Numbered from the stretch's first letter, positions 1 to 9,504 are shown. The stretch is 64,000 bases of DNA from an uncultured cyanobacterium (GCA_963706595.1 OY970166.1:1408001-1472000), one strand, 5' to 3'. The notes: generated from the letters alone by a model not told the origin. Numbers and translations are program-made.

Positions 1-652
1 GGTCATCTTAAAGTTGCGGAAACAGCAACGGCGAAACTTTTTGGCTACTTTAATGCTTTCCCAAGGTGTACCGATGCTGGTGATGGGTGACGAAATGGGG
101 CGGAGTCAAGGGGGGAATAATAACGCCTACTGTCAAGATAATGAAGTTGCTTGGTTAGATTGGGATTTACCAGAAGAAAATGAGGCGCTGTTAGATTTTA
201 CCCGTCAGCTGATTGACTTTCGCCGCAAGCATCCAGTTTTTCGCAGACGCAAGTGGTTCCAAGGTAGAGCTATCCACGGTTCTGGGGTACATGACATTGG
301 TTGGTTCAATCCCGATGGGACGCAGATGACCGAAGAACAGTGGAATAAAGGTTTTACTAAGGCGATTGGGATTTTTATGAATGGTGAAGAAATAGCGACT
401 CCTGGACCACGGGGGGAACGAATTATGGATGATTCCTTTTTATGGTTCTTTAATGCTCACCATGAGATGTTGGAGTTCGTCATTCCTAAAGGATTACAGA
501 ATTGGGAATGGTTGACGATGATTGATACAACTAAGCCACGGTTTGTGCAACGGGGTAAACGTTACATCGATGATAAACCAATTCCAGTGGAGGGGCGATC
601 GCTTGTAGTTTTACAGCGCTTGGGTAGAGCTTTATTTGAAGATGAAGCATAA
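1..652 (+). CDS. glgX: Glycogen debranching enzyme (isoamylase-type), 3' part; truncated by window edge
   Basis: LMLSQGVPML..GDEMGRSQGGNNNAYCQDN motif typical of GH13 GlgX; frame is open at the window start. Confidence 0.92.
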   Translation, partial: VILKLRKQQRRNFLATLMLSQGVPMLVMGDEMGRSQGGNNNAYCQDNEVAWLDWDLPEENEALLDFTRQLIDFRRKHPVFRRRKWFQGRAIHGSGVHDIGWFNPDGTQMTEEQWNKGFTKAIGIFMNGEEIATPGPRGERIMDDSFLWFFNAHHEMLEFVIPKGLQNWEWLTMIDTTKPRFVQRGKRYIDDKPIPVEGRSLVVLQRLGRALFEDEA

Positions 653-702
653 TACACAGCGAGCGAATTATTCATGTCCGTTATGATTCCCACAGTCATT
701 GC

Positions 703-766
703 ACCTCACCCCTTAATCCCCTCCCCGCCTGCGGGGAGGGGAGACAAAGCGCAGCTTTCGGGGTTT
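703..766. repeat. Nostocales dispersed GC-rich hairpin repeat (partial)
   Basis: CCCCTCCCCGC-CT-GCGGGGAGGGG inverted repeat; related hairpins at about 3620-3662, 20398-20437 and 24390-24425. Confidence 0.6.
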
Positions 767-828
767 AAATCCCCGATTGTTTAATCTTTAGCAATCTTGC
801 AACTGGAAAAACGTTAAATTTTATGTTT

Positions 829-1108
829 AGGGATTTCCAGAAAATAAATTGCCCCATTTTATCCTCACTTTTCATGTCATGTGGAAAAACCAACGCGAAA
901 CCTAACCCCCTAGCCCCCTTCCCTACCAGGGAAGGGGGAAAATTCAAAGCCTCTCCCCTACAAGGGGAGAGGTTTGGAGAGAGGTTTTCCAGATCCCGTG
1001 AAAAGTCAGATTTCATCAGACCATATTTGTTCTTTATCCCCCCTGCTCCCTGCTCCCTGCTCCCCTGCCTACCTCAGCAATGGAATATTTTTTTAATTGT
1101 CAGTCCCT
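829..1108. mobile_element. Miniature inverted-repeat element (host), interrupted by a second element
   Basis: 829-863 plus 1010-1108 is the reverse complement of the uninterrupted element at 16309-16428. Confidence 0.75.
864..1009. mobile_element. MITE (146 bp) with imperfect TIRs and an 8-bp target duplication
   Basis: Left end CTCACTTTTCA..TGGAAAA, right end TTTTCCA..TGAAAAGTCAG; flanked by ATTTTATC (856-863) and ATTTCATC (1010-1017). Confidence 0.75.
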
Positions 1109-1163
1109 TACCTTCAGCAGAAACCCGGTTTATTCCTTTCTTAAAACATAGTTAAATAGTTAA

Positions 1164-1871
1164 ATGTTCACAAGCATCAAGGCATTGAATGTGTTATCAA
1201 GTTACCGAGCCGTAATTTTTGATATGGATGGTTTGCTTTTTGATACGGAAAGTATTGCGCGATGGGCTTGGAAACAAGCTCTCAAAGATCATGGCTATAT
1301 CATGAATGACGATTTATATATGGAGTTTGTCGGGCGAGATTTAACATGGCGGGAAAAATTACTTAAAAAAATCTACGGGGACAGTCTCCCCTTTGAGTCT
1401 GTGACAGTGCAACGCATCGAAATTGGTGATGAGCGAGAATTGCGAGAAGGTTTACCGATGAAACCAGGGGTTTTAGATTTGCTTGATAGACTCAGTGACT
1501 TGGGTGTGATGATTGCATTAGCCACCGGGACGGCTCGAACTAGAGCTATCCGACGTTTAACAAACGCTGGAATTAATCAATATTTCACGACAATTGTCAC
1601 GAGTGCAGATGTGGCTGAGGGTAAACCTGCTCCAGATATTTTTTTGGAAGCTAGCCGCCGTCTGAATATTAATCCTGTACAGTGTGTGGTTTTTGAAGAT
1701 TCTTTTGTGGGTGTGGAAGCAGCTTTTCAAGCGGGGATGTGTGCCATTATGGTTCCCGATATCGAAGCACCATCTACTGAAATTAGACGTTTGGCTCATC
1801 GAGTGTTGGACTCTCTGGAACAAACAAGGGAATTATTAGCAGAACTATTTGGAGAACCCATCAAATATTAA
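1164..1871 (+). CDS. HAD-superfamily phosphatase (beta-phosphoglucomutase/CbbY-like)
   Basis: FDMDGLL motif I, ATGT motif II, GKPAPDIF and FEDS..G motifs. Confidence 0.9.
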   Translation: MFTSIKALNVLSSYRAVIFDMDGLLFDTESIARWAWKQALKDHGYIMNDDLYMEFVGRDLTWREKLLKKIYGDSLPFESVTVQRIEIGDERELREGLPMKPGVLDLLDRLSDLGVMIALATGTARTRAIRRLTNAGINQYFTTIVTSADVAEGKPAPDIFLEASRRLNINPVQCVVFEDSFVGVEAAFQAGMCAIMVPDIEAPSTEIRRLAHRVLDSLEQTRELLAELFGEPIKY

Positions 1872-1926
1872 AAATCACAAATTACGTAAAGCCTGCGGCA
1901 TAGCTACGCTTAGAGCGCAGATCCTC

Positions 1927-2024
1927 CGAATTACGAATTACGAATTACGAATTACGAATTACGAATTACGAATTACGAATTACGAATTACGAATTACGAA
2001 TTACGAATTACGAATTACGAATTA
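1927..2024. repeat. STRR heptamer tandem repeat (CGAATTA)x14
   Basis: 14 exact copies between convergent genes; the last copy overlaps the stop codon of the regulator gene. Confidence 0.95.
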
Positions 2025-3161
2025 TTTAGGCTCAATTGTGGCGACTACTTCCCCAGTTTGACTGGTATTATAACCCCCGATGGCCTCTAGCTGTGAGAGG
2101 ACTCGCCGATGACCTAATGTGCCGAGTAATTTTTGTACAGGGGGTTCATCTAGATATGATTTGAGAACTGCTAAATCATATCGTGATTGTTGTAAGGGGA
2201 TGAATCCTAACCCGAAGGCGGCGGCTACAGATGCAGTGCTGATACCGGATGAAACTTTGCCGGTGGCTACGGCTTGGGCTACTTCTAGATGTCCGTTGAC
2301 AATTTGCTCAAATCCCTTGACGGCTGTAAATGGAATATTAGCATCTTGGAGCGATCGCTCTAATACTTGGCGACTCCCTGAACCTTCTTCGCGGTTAACA
2401 ATGGTGATACCTGTTTGGGCTAAGTCTGCAATAGTTTTTAATCCCAGAGGATTATTCGGCTGTGTCAGCATTCCCTCTTCCCAAACGCCGAGGTTAATTA
2501 ATACAGCCGCCGTATCTTTGAGAACGGAACGCACAAAGGGAGTGTTATATTCTCCCGTGTGGGGATCATACAGATGCATTCCGGCAAAGTGAACTTCTCC
2601 CCGCCGCAGTCGATGCAATGCCGTCATACTGTTATCTAAAGTCCAGTGTACTCTGAGGTTAGGATGCCAACGTTCAGCCGCCCGCGCCCATAAGGATAAA
2701 GCCGGCGCACAACCTGCCAAAATCACTGTGGAATGTAGATTTCCGGGGTCATCTAGTAACTTGACGACCATTGTATTTGTACCGGGTAGGCGATCGCCTT
2801 CGCCATCAGCTGGTATCATTTCTGTACGAAAAGCATTTTGACCAATTAAAGGATGAGCAATCCATTGATGACCCACTTGAGCCAAAATCAGCCGCAGTCG
2901 CTGACCTAATGGCACATTATAAGCTGGTACAGCTGCTATTTCTGGTAAATCCTGCTCTAACCAAAATAAATCTTCCACTTGACAACCCAAGGCTTTTGCC
3001 AATCGTAGGGCGATAGTGGTGGATGGCGCATATTGTCCCGACTCGACACCGCTAATCGTTTGCCGGGTAACATTAGCCACGTTAGCCAAATCTTGCTGAC
3101 TCATACCCAAGCGGATTCTCGTTTGTTTTAATTTGTTGCGAAGTTCGTCCTGTTTTACCAC
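2022..3161 (-). CDS. XRE-HTH transcriptional regulator with C-terminal periplasmic-binding-protein-like (molybdate-binding) domain; VnfR-like architecture
   Basis: N-terminal MSQQDLA..VTRQTISGVESG..PS HTH; C-terminal NREEGSGSR, HLEVAQAVATG and LGFIPL PBP-like motifs; located next to mop/mod genes. Confidence 0.85.
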   Translation of the reverse strand: MVKQDELRNKLKQTRIRLGMSQQDLANVANVTRQTISGVESGQYAPSTTIALRLAKALGCQVEDLFWLEQDLPEIAAVPAYNVPLGQRLRLILAQVGHQWIAHPLIGQNAFRTEMIPADGEGDRLPGTNTMVVKLLDDPGNLHSTVILAGCAPALSLWARAAERWHPNLRVHWTLDNSMTALHRLRRGEVHFAGMHLYDPHTGEYNTPFVRSVLKDTAAVLINLGVWEEGMLTQPNNPLGLKTIADLAQTGITIVNREEGSGSRQVLERSLQDANIPFTAVKGFEQIVNGHLEVAQAVATGKVSSGISTASVAAAFGLGFIPLQQSRYDLAVLKSYLDEPPVQKLLGTLGHRRVLSQLEAIGGYNTSQTGEVVATIEPK

Positions 3162-3245
3162 GTCTTAGCTATTGAGTTTTTGCGGTTATCCTCTTATTTA
3201 AAGTAGCGTGAACAGGTTAGCTGCGATCAATCGAATAATTTATTT

Positions 3246-3281
3246 TAGCAGGTCTATATAACATTATGCTAATATACTTGC
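3246..3281. promoter_or_regulatory. Putative Mo-regulon operator, copy 1
   Basis: TAGCAGGTCTATATAACATTATGCTAATATACTTGC aligns ungapped to copies at 6579, 6711 and 7661. Confidence 0.6.
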
Positions 3282-3345
3282 TTAATCCAGGTAAACTATG
3301 ATCTGTAAGTACATATAGTATTCCACTCAACACGAGGAGTAAAAA

Positions 3346-3555
3346 ATGAAAATTAGTGCGCGTAATTCTCTGAAAGGCAAGGTAAAGGAAGTTACACCTG
3401 GAACTGTCAATGCAGAAATTGTGATTGAAATTGCGCCTGGAATTGAAGTTACCTCAATTATTACCAAGTCTTCTTACGAAAGTATGGGTATAGAAGTAGG
3501 TAAAGAAGTGTATGCAATTGTGAAATCAACTGATGTTTTAATTGGTGTTGACTAA
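3346..3555 (+). CDS. mop: Molybdopterin/molybdate-binding protein (single TOBE domain, molbindin)
   Basis: MKISARN.LKGKV...ITKSS..MG...GKEVYAIVKS; preceded by GAGGAG RBS. Confidence 0.93.
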   Translation: MKISARNSLKGKVKEVTPGTVNAEIVIEIAPGIEVTSIITKSSYESMGIEVGKEVYAIVKSTDVLIGVD

Positions 3556-3696
3556 AATTTCTGACATAATATCCAAATCCAATTTTTAACCTCACCCCGC
3601 CTAAGAAGTTGCGTCAAAGTCTCCCCTCTCCTTAGTAAGGAGAGGGGTTGGGGGTGAGGTTCTGTATTTTATTAAATCCGCATTTATTCAAAGTTT

Positions 3697-3755
3697 GTAG
3701 TGAGGACTTCAGTCCTCATTAGCGTCAGGGAAATAAGGACTAAAGTCCTGACTAC
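3697..3755. repeat. REP-like GTAG palindrome doublet
   Basis: GTAGTGAGGACTTCAGTCCT ... AGGACTAAAGTCCTGACTAC; related copies at about 19453-19472 and 23687-23727. Confidence 0.6.
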
Positions 3756-3766
3756 GAGCGTTATTT

Positions 3767-5577
3767 TTATTCCGGCATTAAGAAGAGTTTTGCTATATCT
3801 AAACGCACATACCAAGGAAAGGGTTTGTCTTTGATATTCGCCCATTTTTCCTTAAATACTTCCGCCTGTAGGTGGTAATCATGGCTGTGATTTAATGAAT
3901 GGTGCAGTCGTAAATACAATGTCATCCGGTGCGGTGTTTCTCGCGTTCTCACTAACCAACAGGGAAAGGTATTTTCTGCGTTGGGGTCGCTTGTAAAGCT
4001 GATATGATGGGCGCGAATACCTATATAAGCTGGTGACTGGGGTAAAGGTTCCATGATTTTCAGGGTGCAGTCCCAATCTAAGGCTTTGACTTGATTCGCA
4101 GATAGCGTACTTTTACTGGGGAAAAGTTTTTACAACCTGTTAACTGAGCGACTGTGTAACTATTGGGATGGTCAAAAATATTTTGTTTATCATCGTTAGC
4201 AATAACTTGTCCTTGGGACATAACCAACAATTGTTGACAAATTTCGTAGGCTTCTTCTAAATTGTGGGTAACAAATAGTGTTACTCCTGAATAAGTGCTG
4301 AGGGTTTCACTTAATTGCTCTTGTAATTGGTGGCGCAGATATGTATCCAGCGCTGAAAAGGGTTCATCTAATAGTAATGCTTCTGGTTTAATGGCTAAAG
4401 CTCTGGCTAAAGCAACTCGTTGTTGCTGTCCTCCAGAAAGTTGGTGAGGATAGCGATTTTCTAATCCTTCTAACTGCACTGCTAATAGTTGCGCCTGGAC
4501 CTGCTGCTTAATTGCTAATGTGGATAAGCCTTTAGGTAAGCCAAAAGCGATATTTTGCATGACAGTCAGATGCGGGAATAAAGCATAATTCTGCATTAAG
4601 AAACCAATGCGGCGATCGCGTGAAGGCAAATTAATTCTTTTTTCCGAATCAAACAACACTCGCCCATTTAAAATAATACGTCCTTTTGTGGGTGTTTCGA
4701 TGCCAGCAATGCAGCGCAAAATCATACTTTTACCAGCCCCAGAACCTCCCAAAAATCCCAGGGTATGACTATCACCGCTAAAACATACTTGCAATCTAAA
4801 GCCTGGAAGTTGTTTGGTAATATCTACGAATAATACTGATAAATCAGTTTTCTGCGAGGTTTGACATATCTGGTATTCCTGGTTTCTGAGTAATGTGGGA
4901 AATGGGGAATTTTGTTGTTTCCTTTTTCCTCGGTTTTCTTGCCAAAGGTTGACTCCAATAATCCCAGATAAAGAAATACTCATGATAGCGATCGCCCAAA
5001 ACCAAGCTTCATTCATCGCGCCAGCTTCCACAGCAAAATAAATCGCCATCGGGATCGTTTGAGTTTCTCCGGGGATATTACCAGCTAACATTAAGGTGGC
5101 TCCAAATTCACCCAAAGCCCTTGCAAAAGCTAAACTTGTGGCGGCAACAATTCCGGGAAATGCTAGGGGTAAACTGATGCGCCAAAAGATGGCAGATTCA
5201 GATGAACCAAGGGTTCTGGCTACGCGTAACAGATTCCCATCGATTTGTTCAAAGGCTCCCAAGGCGGTTTTATACATGATGGGAAATGCGACAACTGTCG
5301 CCGCGATCGCTGCACCATACCAAGTAAAAACAATGCTAAAATCTAAAGGCTGCATGAGTTTACCTACAGGTCCATTTCTCCCAAAAAATAATAGTAATAA
5401 AAAGCCCACAACTGTAGGCGGTAAAATCAAAGGAGCGATAAAAATTCCTTCAATTAATGATTTGGCTTTACCTCGATATCCTAACATCCAGTAAGCTGAC
5501 CAAATTCCCAGAAAAAAGGTAATAAATGTGGCAAGTAAGGAGGTTTTTAGTGATATCCAAAGGGGTGATAAATCCAT
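3767..5577 (-). pseudogene. modBC: Fused molybdate ABC permease/ATPase (ModB-ModC), frameshifted near 4115; split into ORFs 4078..5577 and 3767..4054
   Basis: ModB motifs (PLILPPTVVG, ARALGEFGATLM), Walker A GGSGAGKS, LSGGQQQR, LLLDE; the protein continues in another frame (LSANQVKALDWDCTLKIMEP..IGIRAHH). Confidence 0.8.
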
Positions 5578-5696
5578 GATATTTTGAGGTAATTCGTGAT
5601 TTCTGTCGAATTATAGGAGGAATGAACCGCAAAGGACACAAAGGACACAAAGGAAGAAGGAAAAACGAAGAAGGAAAAACGAAGAAGGAGATGCTA

Positions 5697-6491
5697 TTAA
5701 TTCACAATAAATCCGTATTTTTTTAGTACAGCCTTGGCTTGATTACTAGATAAGAATTGGACAAATTCTTTCGCAGCCGGGATATTTTTACTTCTTTTAA
5801 TTACTGCCATTGGATAAACAATTGGAGAGTGATATTTTTCATCAGCAGCAACTACAACTTTGACTTTATTGGAAATTTTAGCATCTGTGGCGTAAACTAA
5901 GCCCGCATCGGCGTTACCACTTTCTACAGCTGCTAAAACTTGACGCACATTGTTAGCCAAAACTAATTTAGACTTGATTTTATCAAAAATTCCCAATTTC
6001 TTGAATACTTGGTCGGCGTATTGTCCTGCGGGTACGCTTCTGGGTTCTCCTACGGCAATTCTCTTAACTCTGGCATCTGCTAAATTAAAAAAGCTATTAA
6101 TGTCTGTGGTGTTATTAGGTACAATCAGAACTAAGCGGTTGTTTGCTAGATTGGTACGAGTACCTGGAACTAAAAGTCCTTTTTGCTCCAGTGCATCTAC
6201 TTGTCTTCTCGCGGCGGAAATAAAGATATCTGCTGGCGCACCCTGTTCAATTTGTTGCTGTAATGCTCCAGAACTCCCAAAGTTATATCTGATATTGACG
6301 TTTGGTTTACTTTGTTGGTAAATGGGCTGAATTTCTTCTAGTGCATCTTTCATACTTGCAGCCGCAGACACCAGCAAGTTGACGTTTGACTGTGCTGTTA
6401 AGGGAGTGGGAATAATTAAAGGTAAGGCAACGGCTAGGAAACAGCTAATAACTGCGATACCAATCCAACCCAGAATCTGTTTTTTATTCAT
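5697..6491 (-). CDS. modA: Molybdate ABC transporter periplasmic binding protein
   Basis: Signal peptide; SAAASM, FGSSGAL.QQIEQGAPAD.FISA, VPAGQYA, NVRQVL and VYATDA motifs. Confidence 0.95.
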   Translation of the reverse strand: MNKKQILGWIGIAVISCFLAVALPLIIPTPLTAQSNVNLLVSAAASMKDALEEIQPIYQQSKPNVNIRYNFGSSGALQQQIEQGAPADIFISAARRQVDALEQKGLLVPGTRTNLANNRLVLIVPNNTTDINSFFNLADARVKRIAVGEPRSVPAGQYADQVFKKLGIFDKIKSKLVLANNVRQVLAAVESGNADAGLVYATDAKISNKVKVVVAADEKYHSPIVYPMAVIKRSKNIPAAKEFVQFLSSNQAKAVLKKYGFIVN

Positions 6492-6578
6492 ATTTTTATT
6501 TTTGCTGTGTAACTAAAGTGTTCAGGCTGTTTGAAAGGTGCTTGTTCCTATTTACACACGAACTTAATTTGAATTCTG

Positions 6579-6614
6579 TAGCAAGGATAACTGACAAAAC
6601 GCCAGGATAAATGC
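6579..6614. promoter_or_regulatory. Putative Mo-regulon operator, copy 2 (upstream of modA)
   Basis: TAGCAAGGATAACTGACAAAACGCCAGGATAAATGC. Confidence 0.65.
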
Positions 6615-6710
6615 TTTTCAGAGAGAAAACCCAGCCTTTGCACAAGCAGAAGGACTGGATTTTGGACTCAAACTTAGTAAAACCAATAGTTTTGCTAATC
6701 ATGAGTTTTT

Positions 6711-6746
6711 TAGCCAGCTTATTTTACTTTTAGCTAAAATACTTGC
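6711..6746. promoter_or_regulatory. Putative Mo-regulon operator, copy 3
   Basis: TAGCCAGCTTATTTTACTTTTAGCTAAAATACTTGC. Confidence 0.55.
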
Positions 6747-6749
6747 TTT

Positions 6750-7595
6750 TTAAGCGGCATGAGATTTGGCTTTGTGAAATACCCGAAATGCAGAGATATT
6801 TAAAATTACCCCTAAGATAATTTTCAGTATGGGTGCGGAAATAATACCAACCAGCATTCCCCCGATGATAGCTCCAATGATTGAGCCAACCCCCATCGGT
6901 GCAACGGTATTTTTCAAGATGTTGCGATTCCTACGGAGCGCTTCGCTATCGCTAAAAGCGCCTCTACTGGCATATTTAATCACCCCGACTAGCACAGTGG
7001 GGAAGCTGATTAACAGGCTAGCTGTACCGGCTGTCCGAATATCTACACCAAAAGCAAAAACTAAGGTAGGAATAATCACCTCACCCCCAGCAACTCCCAG
7101 TAAACTGCTGACTAATCCAATTGCTAACCCAAATAGGATACCTGCGGGAATGTTCCAAGATGCAGGTAGTAAGGCTGGTATTTCTTGCGGCAGAAAACCT
7201 TCAATTATCAAGGCGATACCAATGATTACCAATAGCCAGAGAATAATTTGCTCTAGCTGTTCGTTGGAAAGCCTGATTGCTAATGTTGCTCCAAAAAAGG
7301 CAGTAATTACCGCGCCAGCAATTAAGGAAAGGATCACTGGTAACAAGGGAATTACTGAATCGAAAGAAAGCAGACTACCTCGAATTGCTAAGGATGCAGC
7401 AATGGAAATCAAGCTGACGGCAAGATTTACAGGTACGGCTTGCTGTGCTGAATAGCCCAATATGCTGGCTAGGACTGGTAGGCGAAATTCTGCACCGCCT
7501 AAGCCAATTAGCCCTCCTAATATCCCTATGGGTACTGAGTAAAGAAAGGATAATTGAAAACGCTTGATTTGTGGAGAGGAATTATGATCTTTCAT
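6750..7595 (-). CDS. TauE/SafE (TSUP) family membrane transporter
   Basis: Two GxxGGLxGLGG / SSLLGVAGG repeats, about 8 hydrophobic segments. Confidence 0.85.
   Translation of the reverse strand: MKDHNSSPQIKRFQLSFLYSVPIGILGGLIGLGGAEFRLPVLASILGYSAQQAVPVNLAVSLISIAASLAIRGSLLSFDSVIPLLPVILSLIAGAVITAFFGATLAIRLSNEQLEQIILWLLVIIGIALIIEGFLPQEIPALLPASWNIPAGILFGLAIGLVSSLLGVAGGEVIIPTLVFAFGVDIRTAGTASLLISFPTVLVGVIKYASRGAFSDSEALRRNRNILKNTVAPMGVGSIIGAIIGGMLVGIISAPILKIILGVILNISAFRVFHKAKSHAA
6924..6952. repeat. 21-nt small dispersed repeat inserted in a HIP1 site (SDR5-type)
   Basis: Minus strand GCGAT[AGCGAAGCGCTCCGTAGGAAT]CGC; in-frame 7-aa insert SEALRRN. Confidence 0.75.
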
Positions 7596-7660
7596 TGTTA
7601 TTTTGGGATGCCTGCCAAGCTACTTATTTGTATTTACACATTAAGTGAATTTTTATTCTG

Positions 7661-7696
7661 TAGCAAGAATAGCTGACATTTTGCCAAAATAAATGC
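7661..7696. promoter_or_regulatory. Putative Mo-regulon operator, copy 4 (upstream of the TSUP gene)
   Basis: TAGCAAGAATAGCTGACATTTTGCCAAAATAAATGC; shares the adjacent ATTCTG and TATTTACACA with copy 2. Confidence 0.65.
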
Positions 7697-8060
7697 AATG
7701 AGAGGTGTTTTTTTAACGCAGAGGTACGCTGAGTTGTTTACTAGTGCTATGGATTTGGTGAGTAATTCCGTATTTTCATCATGACTTTAATTAATCTTTA
7801 ATTTATCTACCAGTAATTACAGATAAGATATCTGGAACAAGATGTAATTGCCTAGTTAAATTTACTCTGTTTAAAATGTGGCACGTATTAGCATCTGAAC
7901 TCTCTGCGCTTGGTGCGTGAGCAAAATTCCTATTCTCAATCAGCAACATCGGATAATTTATTGCTTGGTATTCCCCTCAGAATGAATCCTGCAAATTTTG
8001 CTGATAGTCTGGGCAATTTATGTATCAACATATATAGCAAAATTCACAGAGCAACATAAT

Positions 8061-8630
8061 ATGAAGAATGCTTGGTGGTATCAAATTTCAACAATTAACC
8101 TAGCTTTGATAGCAGTAATTCCGACGCTGGTATTTTCAGCATTCTCTTACCAAGCCATGGCTGAAGATCCAGGATTATGTTTTATGATTACCTCTTCTGG
8201 CAGAATGGTGCGCTTGGGGAAGCTTTGCGGTGTAACGAAGACACCTCTCCCCAAGAATAACAGCAAAATTTTTCGGGTTCCCATCAAACGCCGCCTGGGT
8301 AGAACTCCTGTGATTGATGTCACCTTCAATCACAACAACACTTTTGAAATGATTGTAGATACTGGCGCTCATGGTACTCTAATTACTGCCAAAATGGCCA
8401 ATACTCTGCAACTCCAGGCTACAGGAATTATGCAAGCTCAAATTGCGGATGGGACTCAAGTCCTATTTCCCACTGGTAAGGTAAATTCTGTGGCTGCGGG
8501 TGGAGTTGTGGCTAATAATCTAGAAGTGGCGATTGCCCCAAAAGCCGGGGTAGGATTACTAGGACATGATTTCTTTGGCAACTACGACATCAAAATTCGC
8601 GAAAAAGACGTAGAGTTTTACTCCCGCTAA
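8061..8630 (+). CDS. Retropepsin-like (clan AA) aspartic protease with N-terminal signal/anchor
   Basis: MIVDTGA catalytic motif, GLLGHDFF C-terminal motif; N-terminal hydrophobic stretch and C.M....G...L..LCG motif; ATG at 8061 preferred over TTG at 7998. Confidence 0.8.
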   Translation: MKNAWWYQISTINLALIAVIPTLVFSAFSYQAMAEDPGLCFMITSSGRMVRLGKLCGVTKTPLPKNNSKIFRVPIKRRLGRTPVIDVTFNHNNTFEMIVDTGAHGTLITAKMANTLQLQATGIMQAQIADGTQVLFPTGKVNSVAAGGVVANNLEVAIAPKAGVGLLGHDFFGNYDIKIREKDVEFYSR

Positions 8631-8875
8631 TCCTAATTTAGAATTTTAACTCCCATCTGTACTTTGCACTTTACATATATAAAAGCCATTATTTAACAGA
8701 CTTAAAATATTCTTCAAACCAGACAATAATCACTATTATAGGTCTTTTTAAAACTAGTTTTGTCCTTGACTTTCTTGAATTGCCTGAATAAAAATAGCAG
8801 TAACAGTTAAGCGAAGCGAGCTTAATTGTTAATCAACTAAATCTATTAGCAATCAATGCTTGAGGAGCAAATATT

Positions 8876-9109
8876 ATGGCAAATATCACTCTTTCTGAAC
8901 TCAACAATGCTGGTGCAGAATTATTTCAAGATTCTGAAAGTTTCTTGAATGAATTGAAAGATGTGGATGCTATCTCCGGTGGCAGCAGCTACAATCAAGG
9001 CTATGTCAGCGATATGTCCACATTGACTAAGTTGGCTGAGGCGTTTGTGACAACTTATGCTATTGGTCATGTGACTGTCCTAGCTAAGTCATTCAGCTAT
9101 GGATACTAA
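8876..9109 (+). CDS. Double-glycine-leader peptide precursor 1 (bacteriocin/RiPP-like)
   Basis: 36-aa leader ..ELFQDSESFLNELKDVDAISGG; GAGGAG RBS; one of four tandem paralogs. Confidence 0.8.
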   Translation: MANITLSELNNAGAELFQDSESFLNELKDVDAISGGSSYNQGYVSDMSTLTKLAEAFVTTYAIGHVTVLAKSFSYGY

Positions 9110-9267
9110 TAGCTGTAATCGCTTCATTTAACTAGTATTTCTGCACGATAATCAATTGATTTTGTGCTGTACTAGATGGCTGTTCAGGGATTAAATTTAC
9201 TAACAATAATCCCTGAAAGCTAGTCAGGTTGAAAATTATCACAACAAATGCTTGAGGAGCAAATATT

Positions 9268-9504
9268 ATGGCTAACATCATTCTTTCTGAACTCAACAAT
9301 GCTGGTGTTGAATTATTTCAAGATTCTGAAAGTTTTCTGAATGAATTGAAAGATGTCGATTCCATCTCCGGCGGCAGCACCGACGTATACGCTGGCTATG
9401 TAAGCGATCTGTCCACATTGACAAAGTTGGCTGAGGCATTTGTGACAACTTATGCTATTGGTCACGTGACTGTCCTAGCCAAGTCATTCAGCTATGGATA
9501 CTAA
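9268..9504 (+). CDS. Double-glycine-leader peptide precursor 2
   Basis: Paralog with the same RBS context (CTTGAGGAGCAAATATT-ATG). Confidence 0.8.
   Translation: MANIILSELNNAGVELFQDSESFLNELKDVDSISGGSTDVYAGYVSDLSTLTKLAEAFVTTYAIGHVTVLAKSFSYGY

Noticed and set aside
765..1155. ORFs 765..1016 (-) and 823..1155 (+)
   Set aside because: They are read-throughs of nested MITE sequence, with no protein motifs
1927..2024. Tandem repeats as a possible CRISPR array
   Set aside because: 7-bp units without spacers; no repeat-spacer array or cas gene was seen anywhere in the window
1849..2061. ORF with (ITNYELR)n repeats
   Set aside because: It is the translation of the CGAATTA STRR array
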